Below are positions 1-7,611 of a stretch of 27,530 nt of DNA, piece by piece. The DNA lies in IMG/VR virus record IMGVR_UViG_3300012041_000057, positions 1-27,530 of that record. One strand, written 5' to 3'. The position numbers were made by a program, and so were the translations under genes. This DNA comes from a virus. Its lineage: Duplodnaviria; Caudoviricetes. The notes under the pieces were generated by a model, which saw only the letters and a list, made by a program, of their open reading frames with translations, was not told the origin of the DNA and did not search any database. How positions within the stretch are numbered: the stretch's first letter is position 1; every line of letters starts with the position of its first letter.

Positions 1-2318
1 CATAGGCGCCAGTTGGGATCGTAGTCAGGTTTGAAGTACACCGAGAAAGTGACATCATCTTGAATGTCCTCCACCATGATTTCGCCGTCCTTGAGCCGCA
101 ACAGTTGACGAGTGGCGGTATTTGGTTGGTAGCACAACACTGGCATCTCAAATTCCATCTCGATGGGTTTACCGTCGTCGTCAATGGCAGAGCCTTGTCC
201 CTCTGATGGAAGAATCTCAAACAGTTCGACTGTGAGGGTTGTGGTGTTGTAGCAAAATGCGAAACAGCGGTCCAAGCCTGACACTGTTCCGGTGACTAAT
301 TTGAACACGTTCAACCCGTTCCATTCACCGTCGTAAATGTCCGGCTGCTTTCCCCTCAGGCTGGAACTAGGGTCGAGATTTCTCACGGCCAGTGCAGTGT
401 GATAGATGCCCCTGGTTGACAGGATTGGGGTAGCAGTCTGGAGGTGGCGGTTATCGAACACCACAGCACTTCCGTAATTGAGCAAATTGCGGTCGTCCAT
501 CAACAGAAGTCGGTTCATTTCCACACTTTGAGGTGTGTTACTGAACGACACTTGAAAATCCTGACGCGCCAGCTTCAGGCTGCGAATTCCGTCAATGGAG
601 CGGAACCAAAGGTCGCCATTTACCGCTACGCAAGACTCGTGCGATAGTGCGCCGCCGCCGATGAGTGATTGGGTTTGTAACGGGTTTACCACGTCCTGCC
701 AAGTCTCGCGGTCCACTGGAGCATTGCATGAAAATGTAAGCAACTGCGTCATGATCTGGAGTGGACCTTGACCCAATGAAGAATCAAGTGTCGCCGGGAA
801 TCGCATGGCCTGGATTGTTTGACCAGATGCCGGAACTCGGAATGCGCCGCCACCGGCAAGATAGTAGTTTTCCAAAGTCCGCATCGGCGCATCTCGGAAG
901 TTGTTCACTGGAGTACCGGAGCTGCCACCAACCAGATCGCTTCCCATGTAAGTAACCCCATCAGCCAATGCGACCCAATTTCTTCCCATGCCGTAACATC
1001 CCATTCTTCCGATTGGTAATTCTGGAATGTTGGTTATGTCTCCAAACTCAGTGAGTCTATTGTCGTTGATGTTCTTGAGCGTGACGGTGGACCCGACTGG
1101 TGCCGATGGAACTTTTGCAATAGTCCATTGTCGGTCGTTAATCCACACACTGGCATTGTCATTTCCGGTGTATGGAGCCGTCACGGTCAATTGACCTGAT
1201 TCTCCAATAGCCGGAACTGTAAATGGAGCCGACGCCACGGCACAAAGATCGGTTACAATGTCAACTCCGCGATACATGATTGTAAACTGGGGAATGGTCC
1301 ACACGTCACTGGTTCTCTCTTGGGTCCAAAAAGTTATGTACCCGGGGTAAGATGGGGTTATCATACCTCCAGGAAAGTTGCTGCCGGGGGCTATCGCAAG
1401 AGACGCTGGAGGTCCTTCGTAGTGAGAGGGTGGATCGGTTCCCGTAAGAGCACCTGAATTGGCCCCAGGTCCGACTGTGTAAACAGTGCCGTCAAAAGTA
1501 AATACTCCGGTCACTCCCTGAATCGGCCCTACAATCTTGATCGACACCAGCATGTCAGCGTTATCAGGAATCGGCCCAAAGGTTTTTTGCACCTGAGACT
1601 GACACACTCTGGCTGGATGTGACTCTATGACAGTTCCAACCGCCAGGCTTGGCGCTGTCTCGCAAAGATTGGTCAGGATTATTTGATAGGTGGAGGACGC
1701 ATTCGGAACCACCTCGTACTGCGCCCCATTGATGAGCACAATGTCACCAATCACGCCGATGAAATCGCCGGTCAAAGGCACAGTTACTGTGCCCCCAATC
1801 GGGGGCACGGTGAATGACGCTGCGGTGGTGCCCTTGATGATGCGCTCTCCCTGGGACCTGCGACTGGAGTTTCCGTCAAAGAAAATGCACTGACTCTCGC
1901 CGTCGTTACACGCCACGAACTTCTCGAACTGCCAGAGCCATGCCTGAGTTTTGGATGCGGAATTCGGGTCACCAGGAATGGAGATGTCTTCCACAGTCGC
2001 GGTGTTTGTGCTCGGCGTGACTCGGAACAGCCTTCCTCCAATTGAAGCGATAAGACATTCGGGGTCTGTGTCCGGTTGGTAAAAGCAGCAACCCTGGAAA
2101 ATTCCAGTCTCGAAGTTGGTTTGAATTTCCGGCGTGGCAAACGTCAGCGAGATTTGGCGATAGGCACTGCGATTGATGACGTAGTTTCCACGCAGGGTGC
2201 AATTCTTGGCATAGGCAAGCTGAGTCTTTTGCAGCAGCTCTGGCGGAATGTCGGAGTTCATCCCGCCTGGGAAAAACGAAACCGCATCGAACAGAGAGCC
2301 TGGGCTAAAAGTTTTCAT
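1..2318 (-). CDS. Virion protein, probable tail nozzle / packaged-DNA stabilisation protein (P22 gp10 / T7 gp12-like); 3' end runs off the window
   Basis: Absent from the ORF track because it has no stop in the window. Manual translation from ATG 2318 (SD-like GAGGGAG upstream) reads MKTFSPGSLFDAVSFFPGGMNSDIPPELL...AKNCTLRG...GDLWFRSIDGIRSL...YFKPDYDPNWRL, open for about 772 codons. The beta-rich content, N-terminal FxGGMN and 'DLWFRSxDGIRSL' resemble podovirus beta-propeller nozzle proteins. Confidence 0.7.
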   Translation of the reverse strand, partial: MKTFSPGSLFDAVSFFPGGMNSDIPPELLQKTQLAYAKNCTLRGNYVINRSAYRQISLTFATPEIQTNFETGIFQGCCFYQPDTDPECLIASIGGRLFRVTPSTNTATVEDISIPGDPNSASKTQAWLWQFEKFVACNDGESQCIFFDGNSSRRSQGERIIKGTTAASFTVPPIGGTVTVPLTGDFIGVIGDIVLINGAQYEVVPNASSTYQIILTNLCETAPSLAVGTVIESHPARVCQSQVQKTFGPIPDNADMLVSIKIVGPIQGVTGVFTFDGTVYTVGPGANSGALTGTDPPSHYEGPPASLAIAPGSNFPGGMITPSYPGYITFWTQERTSDVWTIPQFTIMYRGVDIVTDLCAVASAPFTVPAIGESGQLTVTAPYTGNDNASVWINDRQWTIAKVPSAPVGSTVTLKNINDNRLTEFGDITNIPELPIGRMGCYGMGRNWVALADGVTYMGSDLVGGSSGTPVNNFRDAPMRTLENYYLAGGGAFRVPASGQTIQAMRFPATLDSSLGQGPLQIMTQLLTFSCNAPVDRETWQDVVNPLQTQSLIGGGALSHESCVAVNGDLWFRSIDGIRSLKLARQDFQVSFSNTPQSVEMNRLLLMDDRNLLNYGSAVVFDNRHLQTATPILSTRGIYHTALAVRNLDPSSSLRGKQPDIYDGEWNGLNVFKLVTGTVSGLDRCFAFCYNTTTLTVELFEILPSEGQGSAIDDDGKPIEMEFEMPVLCYQPNTATRQLLRLKDGEIMVEDIQDDVTFSVYFKPDYDPNWRL

Positions 2319-2346
2319 GCTCCCTCAAGCAAATTCCTGGATTCCA

Positions 2347-3243
2347 TTAGATGGCGATTGGCACCAAAGCTAGACTTGCCGACGACACTCTGGATGTTCC
2401 TTGGGACTGAACAGTGTCAAATGAAATCCAGAGCTGAATTGAATCCGAGGCCGTCAGGCTTTGTGTGGTGAATGGCAAAACGTAGTCTTGGCTGGGTTGA
2501 GTCAGAAGTGTGAAAATTCCAGAGCTTCTTACACAAGTAACAAGGTTAGCTCCGGCAGTGACGTTCCTGATTGAAATGGTAAGGGTTCGGTTTGACAGAA
2601 ACGTGGCTGCCGCGTAATCCACCGTCACATGAGCGAGAATCAAATAAAGTCCGGTTGTCGGACATGTCGCAGCAACTCCGGTAATTGCTGTGGCTGCGTT
2701 GAGAATGTCGTAAACCAGGCCGGCACTGGTGTCAACCGTGGCATCCTGGCCGACCCCTAATGCAGCCAATGCAAGCGGCGCTGTGATTTGGCCGGTGCCA
2801 CCGTTGGCAATCGGCAGCGGGGCACCGCTTAGTATGGCAGCCAATGCAAGCGGCGCTGTGATTTGGCCGGTGCCACCGTTGGCAACAGAGATTGGAAATG
2901 TGATGGCTTGCTGGGTGCCGGACGGAACTACTCTTGAGCCGCTGTCGATGACCGCTCCTGGCGATCCGTCGCCCTCGTTTCCAAGAAATACCAGAGTCAC
3001 TTGAGTGACGCTGCCGATGGACTGGACTTGAAAGTGCCCCCAATCAATGTCGTCGCTGGCGAAAATTACTTCGCCAACTGCCATCCAGTTGGTGTTGGTA
3101 ACATTGGCTACGACAGTCGCGTTTACTGCCGGAAGCGTAAGATTTGCCGAGAGGGTGGCAAAAGCATTTCCGCCCTCAGTGCCAGGTATGTTGGTCGTAA
3201 CGGCTTCAACGCAGCAAGGAGTACAGGAAGATGGAGCTGGCAT
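2347..3243 (-). CDS. Tail fibre / virion structural protein
   Basis: 298 aa, rich in A/T/G/V, with two P(I/L)xxANGGTGQITAPLALAA repeats. GGTG repeats are typical of phage tail fibres. Lies directly upstream of the nozzle-like gene. Confidence 0.65.
   Translation of the reverse strand: MPAPSSCTPCCVEAVTTNIPGTEGGNAFATLSANLTLPAVNATVVANVTNTNWMAVGEVIFASDDIDWGHFQVQSIGSVTQVTLVFLGNEGDGSPGAVIDSGSRVVPSGTQQAITFPISVANGGTGQITAPLALAAILSGAPLPIANGGTGQITAPLALAALGVGQDATVDTSAGLVYDILNAATAITGVAATCPTTGLYLILAHVTVDYAAATFLSNRTLTISIRNVTAGANLVTCVRSSGIFTLLTQPSQDYVLPFTTQSLTASDSIQLWISFDTVQSQGTSRVSSASLALVPIAI
2762..2885. repeat. 49-bp perfect direct repeat (2762-2810, 2837-2885), period 75 bp
   Basis: GCAGCCAATGCAAGCGGCGCTGTGATTTGGCCGGTGCCACCGTTGGCAA occurs twice and encodes the GGTG repeat. 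Confidence 0.95.
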
Positions 3244-3323
3244 AAGTAATCACTTTCGTCAAAGGGATATTCAGCGCAAAAACCCGGTTGTCAATCATGT
3301 TTGTTGATGATTAGCTTTGGCTT
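3244..3323. promoter_or_regulatory. Divergent promoter region between the virion genes and terL
   Basis: TTGTCAA at 3288-3294 gives TTGACA leftward and TTGTCA rightward. TTGTCA-N18-TAGCTT (3312-3317) lies 6 nt before the terL GTG. Confidence 0.45.
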
Positions 3324-6215
3324 GTGGAAAACATCATCCGCTACGGCTACACATTTCCCATCGATGAGGAGGACGAAAATGGCCATCAGCGGTGGGATGA
3401 TCTTGGGATTGAAATGTTCATGATCCGAAAGAATCAGGGTAATCCACAGGCACTCTCGGTTCATTTTGAAAATGCCCGCAAACTTCTGTGGCCTGAATTG
3501 GACGACCACCGATGGCACCGGCTCTGCCGGGATGAAATTCTAAGTCACAAGGTTTGCGTCCTTATGGGGCCGGGAAGCTCTGGGAAAACTCACGAAGCCG
3601 CGTGGATTTCATTACTCGACTATTGGTGCTTCCCTGATGAAACTTGCGTCCTTGTTTCATCCACCGATATTCGAGGATTGAAGAAACGTGTGTGGGGTGA
3701 AATTACTGACCTGTGGGAGCGCGGTATAAATAAATACCCCAAGCTCGCTGGACACTTACTGGACAGCGCCATCGCAATCACCACAGATGACATTGAAGAC
3801 TGCGAACCAGGGAAACGAAAGATGCGCGATATGCGGAAGGGAATTTTCGGGGTCCCATGTTTTCCTTTTGGAACTTTAGTTGACACTCCTTCTGGAACAA
3901 TCCCAATCGAAGCCGTAAGGGAAGGCGATCTAGTTCTGAATGCTTGTGGCATTGGAGTGGTGACGCGAACCCATGAAAGCGTAGCTCCAAGATTGGTAAG
4001 AGTCACTTTGTCAGACGGCAGGATTATTGATTGCACGGAAAACCATCCTTTTTTTACCGACCGGGGATGGGTTAATTCAATTGACCTCGAGGCTTGCGAT
4101 ATGGTATTTTCGGCGCATGAAACTTTGCGCATCATGCAATCGCCCGATTGGCCCGGGTTATCCAAACAGAAAACACTGCTCGAAGACCTGCCGCATTTTT
4201 GCATGGGAAAAGAAAAAGTGTGTCCATTGCGGAAATCTATTCCGGCCAGCCAAACGCTCGGCAGGCAGATTTTGCAGCACGGCCTGCGCTGGAATATGGG
4301 CGTCAATGAACCCGAAATGCCGGAGGTTGGTTTCAAGGAAATGCAAGCACTGTGGAAAGCAGATGGTAAAAGTTTACGCTACGAGAAAATTTTGTTCGAT
4401 TCGATGCCGGAATCAAACTCTATGGAAGCCGTGCAAGCAATGCGGGAAGGGGTTCAATTCCACAAGAGAGTCTCCAAAGAAACCAAGGACTCTTTTCTGC
4501 GGGCCATCTTGCAGGAGGAAATCGGCTGGTCGGTCGAGTGCAAGGCACCACTACAAACCCACTCAGGAGGAGATGAATGTTTGGGAATTATTCCCAACGT
4601 CAATCCTGCATCACCACATCAGGACAGGACTCAAAACTTCAGACGGGAAGTCTCATTGGTATCAACCGGACATTTCGTTCCCAAACATAAAACTTATCGT
4701 CGAGGTGGATGGAGGAATTCACAGGATACCTCAAAGGTTGAAGAAGGACAAAACAAGGACGGCGATTCTAAACAGGCTAGGGTGGAGAGTGTTAAGATTC
4801 TCGAACACTTTGGTGACGCGAGATATTCAGAGCGTGAAGGAGGTTATAGAGTCCGAAATCTTGAAGTTGACGGCCATCCCAGCTACTCAGTAAACAAGGC
4901 TATTGTTCACAACTGTGTGCAAGGTGGCAGCTTCGTAGGCCTCTCAAAATTTCTAGGTATCAAGCAAAAGCGAATGCGACTCGTCGCTGATGAAGCCAGC
5001 ATGATGGGGCAGAATTTTTTGTCAGCCTTCGCAAACCTGAACAAGAACGAGGATTTTCGAGCCATCGTGTTGGGTAATCCCAACGACCCACTTGATCCAC
5101 TTGGTCGAGCCGCCGAACCCGCAGGTGGTTGGTCGGATGATTTCATGGAGCCAACCAAAACAACCTGCTGGGATACTCGATTCATGAACGGTCGATGTGT
5201 AAATCTCATTGGAACTGATTCTTGTAACTTCGACTTTCCGGCAGACAAGCCCACGCGATACAAATACCTTATTAGTCGGGAAAAGATTGCAGATACTCTC
5301 TCCTTCTTCGCCAAGGACTCGATTGAGTTTTACTCACAGTGCGTCGGCACGATGAAGATTGGAACGATGGCCAAGCGGATATTGAGTCGTAAGATGTGCC
5401 TTCTCAATAAAGCTCAGGAGCAGGTGATTTGGGAAGGTTCTCCGAGAACCAAAGTCTATTTCGTAGATGCTGCTTATGGGGGCGACCGTTGCGTTGGCGG
5501 TTCTGCTGAATTCGGGACCGACATCAACAATGTCCAGATTCTCAGCTTCAATGAACCAAGAATTATTCCAGTGACGGTGGGTTCTGACATGGAGCCGGAA
5601 TACCAGATTGCTCACGCTGTCCGGGAGGATTGTGAGGCAGAGGATATTCCGGGTGATTCAATGGGACATGACGCTACGGGACGTGGCAGCCTTGGAACTG
5701 CTTTAGCTAAAGTCTGGAGCGCAGACACTCACCCGATTGACGCGGGCGGACGACCAACTCCCCGCCCCGTCAGTCTGGATATTACAATCCTAGATGAGCA
5801 AACCCAACAGAAGCGGCTGAAGCGTTGCGATGAGGAATATGACCGCCTGACATCGGAGTTTAATTTTCAAGTGGCTCTCGCAGTCGAGTCGGGTCAAATC
5901 AGGAATCTTCCCGAAGAAGCTCTTGAAGAATTCTCATTGCGCCGATGGACTCGCGTGAAAGGCGATAAGAAGTCGGTTGAGCCGAAGGACAAGCCGCATA
6001 CTGACCCGCAAAAGCAGGGATTCAAACAGCGCGTAGGAAGGAGTCCCGACGTATCCGATTGGGCTGCCGGGATAGTTGAGATGGCGAGGAGAAAGGGATT
6101 CATCGTGAACAAAATTGGCAAGCCTCAGGCAGAAAAGACAGATGAGGATTTCTGGGAGCGAGAACAAAAATCCCTAGACAAAACGATGGCCAGCTATCAG
6201 CTTTCACATCAATAA
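3324..6215 (+). CDS. terL: Terminase large subunit, intein-containing (963-aa precursor, 611 aa after splicing)
   Basis: Walker A GPGSSGKT, Walker B RLVADEA, coupling motif LGNP, RNase H-like nuclease motifs VYFVDAAYGGD, HDATGRG and GRSPDxxD; upstream of the portal gene. Confidence 0.93.
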   Translation: MENIIRYGYTFPIDEEDENGHQRWDDLGIEMFMIRKNQGNPQALSVHFENARKLLWPELDDHRWHRLCRDEILSHKVCVLMGPGSSGKTHEAAWISLLDYWCFPDETCVLVSSTDIRGLKKRVWGEITDLWERGINKYPKLAGHLLDSAIAITTDDIEDCEPGKRKMRDMRKGIFGVPCFPFGTLVDTPSGTIPIEAVREGDLVLNACGIGVVTRTHESVAPRLVRVTLSDGRIIDCTENHPFFTDRGWVNSIDLEACDMVFSAHETLRIMQSPDWPGLSKQKTLLEDLPHFCMGKEKVCPLRKSIPASQTLGRQILQHGLRWNMGVNEPEMPEVGFKEMQALWKADGKSLRYEKILFDSMPESNSMEAVQAMREGVQFHKRVSKETKDSFLRAILQEEIGWSVECKAPLQTHSGGDECLGIIPNVNPASPHQDRTQNFRREVSLVSTGHFVPKHKTYRRGGWRNSQDTSKVEEGQNKDGDSKQARVESVKILEHFGDARYSEREGGYRVRNLEVDGHPSYSVNKAIVHNCVQGGSFVGLSKFLGIKQKRMRLVADEASMMGQNFLSAFANLNKNEDFRAIVLGNPNDPLDPLGRAAEPAGGWSDDFMEPTKTTCWDTRFMNGRCVNLIGTDSCNFDFPADKPTRYKYLISREKIADTLSFFAKDSIEFYSQCVGTMKIGTMAKRILSRKMCLLNKAQEQVIWEGSPRTKVYFVDAAYGGDRCVGGSAEFGTDINNVQILSFNEPRIIPVTVGSDMEPEYQIAHAVREDCEAEDIPGDSMGHDATGRGSLGTALAKVWSADTHPIDAGGRPTPRPVSLDITILDEQTQQKRLKRCDEEYDRLTSEFNFQVALAVESGQIRNLPEEALEEFSLRRWTRVKGDKKSVEPKDKPHTDPQKQGFKQRVGRSPDVSDWAAGIVEMARRKGFIVNKIGKPQAEKTDEDFWEREQKSLDKTMASYQLSHQ
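4081..4116 (+). promoter_or_regulatory. Candidate internal leaderless promoter for the nested endonuclease
   Basis: TTGACC (4081-4086)-N18-TATTTT (4105-4110) with extended -10 TG at 4102-4103, 6 nt before ATG 4117; no SD. Confidence 0.55.
4117..4893 (+). CDS. Putative homing endonuclease: tandem CxxC...(F/H)CSxxC zinc-finger repeats plus Vsr/DUF559-like nuclease, nested in the +1 frame inside the intein
   Basis: 258 aa from ATG 4117 (track ORF 4027..4893). Four CxxC-x(10-16)-C(S/G)xxC modules, then PTQEE...YQPDISFPNIKLIVEVDGGIH...KDKTRTAILNRLGWRVLRFSN, the DUF559/Vsr signature. Confidence 0.88.
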   Translation: MKLCASCNRPIGPGYPNRKHCSKTCRIFAWEKKKCVHCGNLFRPAKRSAGRFCSTACAGIWASMNPKCRRLVSRKCKHCGKQMVKVYATRKFCSIRCRNQTLWKPCKQCGKGFNSTRESPKKPRTLFCGPSCRRKSAGRSSARHHYKPTQEEMNVWELFPTSILHHHIRTGLKTSDGKSHWYQPDISFPNIKLIVEVDGGIHRIPQRLKKDKTRTAILNRLGWRVLRFSNTLVTRDIQSVKEVIESEILKLTAIPATQ

Positions 6216-6220
6216 GGTTT

Positions 6221-6526
6221 ATGCTTCAACTTCGCTCCTACACCACTTTCCCGCCAGATGGTTTCTGGTATCGTGACAACAATGGCCCGGGTCGCACCTT
6301 TCCTGCCGAGGGTGGAATGCGCCATATCACTGGGCGTGTGCATGACTATCGCACGGCCAATAACTTTCCGAACAAGGATTGGGAATCCTGCTGGCGTGAC
6401 ATCGAGAACTTCACCGTCGCACGACTCAATGGCGATCCGAAGTGGGTTCAGGATACTGATGTGGCAAATTACGTGGCGCCGGTTCGCAGTCGTGGGGGCG
6501 GGTGTTGCGGGGCAAAGGTGCCGTGA
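6221..6526 (+). CDS. Hypothetical protein
   Basis: 101-aa ORF packed 5 nt after terL; ends GGGCCG. Confidence 0.7.
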   Translation: MLQLRSYTTFPPDGFWYRDNNGPGRTFPAEGGMRHITGRVHDYRTANNFPNKDWESCWRDIENFTVARLNGDPKWVQDTDVANYVAPVRSRGGGCCGAKVP

Positions 6527-6855
6527 ACCCTCTCATCGAATGGCTTGGAGAAGGCGGCGTTCCGGTCGCTCAAGAGCTGGCCGAGAGTCGCTCTAAAGCC
6601 TGCGAAGCCTGCCCTGAGAACCGGGCGCCGCGCTGGTGGGAGATAGCTCTCGATCCTATTGCGTATTGCATCCTTAGGCTTTTGGAGGTAAAGAACGCCA
6701 TGAATTTGGTTGTGGCGAACGAGGACAAATTGCATATGTGCCGCGTCTGTGGCTGCTGTAATCGTCTCAAAATCTGGACTCCACTCTCTCATATCGTGAA
6801 GCATGATGCTCCTGAAAAATTCCATGTGAACTGCTGGATTCGGAGGGAATCGTGA
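6523..6855 (+). CDS. Cys-rich putative metal-binding protein
   Basis: GTG overlaps the upstream TGA (GTGA); CEACP...CRVCGC...CW pattern. Confidence 0.7.
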   Translation: MNPLIEWLGEGGVPVAQELAESRSKACEACPENRAPRWWEIALDPIAYCILRLLEVKNAMNLVVANEDKLHMCRVCGCCNRLKIWTPLSHIVKHDAPEKFHVNCWIRRES

Positions 6856-7166
6856 TTTTCAATGGTGAAATACCTAATTCCATTGGAACTATTTTCACAG
6901 TTCCAGTGGCGACTCAGGGTGATCGTAACAGTGGTTCCGATGTTGGCTTTAACTTGTTCCGAATTGTCAATGGAACAGCCGGCACAATCACTTTCACGAT
7001 CTATCTCAATGTTAATGGACTTGATGTTCCGATTACGCCCATCAGTCGTGAATTGATTGCTGGCGCTGCCTACGATGATATTCCTGAAATCACACTTCCT
7101 GCTGGTGGTAGGATTCGCGGGATAGCGGATACTGCCGGAGTGTTTTGGACAGTGAATACGCTATGA
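6852..7166 (+). CDS. Small beta-rich protein, possibly virion-associated
   Basis: 104 aa, GTGA-coupled, alternating beta-strand pattern, lies between terL and portal. Confidence 0.65.
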   Translation: MIFNGEIPNSIGTIFTVPVATQGDRNSGSDVGFNLFRIVNGTAGTITFTIYLNVNGLDVPITPISRELIAGAAYDDIPEITLPAGGRIRGIADTAGVFWTVNTL

Positions 7167-7609
7167 GGATAATGACTCCCACTGGATTTGGTCCCGAGGT
7201 TATGACTCCGAACAGCTATGGTGACAGTCTGACGACTGCGGCGATTCTGGATCAGACCGTCACCATCAATGCCGATGTCGCTGCCGTTCCTGTAACATTC
7301 TGGACGGCCTCATCTGGCAATGCCCTGGCAGGAGCCTACATGATCGTTGTGTTTTTTGAGATTGTGTCCACGAGCCTTAACGCGGGATGCGGACTTAATC
7401 CTGATTTTACAATAGATGGCACTGCCAACTCGACTCCAGTTGCTTTCGCAGCGGGGGCTGGTCCTCTGGATGCTCTAGTGGCGGATGCGTCGTACAATAA
7501 TTCCCTGCTCGACAATGGCACCGCCGTTCAGTGGTCCTACGGCGTCACAGGTTACGTTTCGGGTACAGCCCAAGTGAGATTCAAGACCTCAATTCTAAGA
7601 CTGGCTTGA
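7163..7609 (+). CDS. Beta-rich protein, possibly virion-associated
   Basis: ATGA-coupled start at 7163; rich in A/T/G/V; immediately before portal. Confidence 0.65.
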   Translation: MRIMTPTGFGPEVMTPNSYGDSLTTAAILDQTVTINADVAAVPVTFWTASSGNALAGAYMIVVFFEIVSTSLNAGCGLNPDFTIDGTANSTPVAFAAGAGPLDALVADASYNNSLLDNGTAVQWSYGVTGYVSGTAQVRFKTSILRLA

Positions 7610-7611
7610 TT

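Larger units (their letters stand above)
3858..4913 (+). mobile_element. Intein (352 aa, residues 179-530 of the TerL precursor)
   Basis: Block A CFPFGTLV, block B CTENHPFF, block F VRNLEVDGHPSY, block G IVHN followed by +1 Cys. Removing it joins GIFGVP to CVQGG just upstream of Walker B. Confidence 0.95.

Noticed and set aside
444-2471. Short track ORFs across 1-2.4 kb suggesting a gene-poor region
   Set aside because: The region is occupied by one long minus-strand CDS running off the window edge.
3620-4336. 238-aa minus-strand ORF over terL and the intein
   Set aside because: Antisense shadow of the terL frame; no motif, RBS or operon context.
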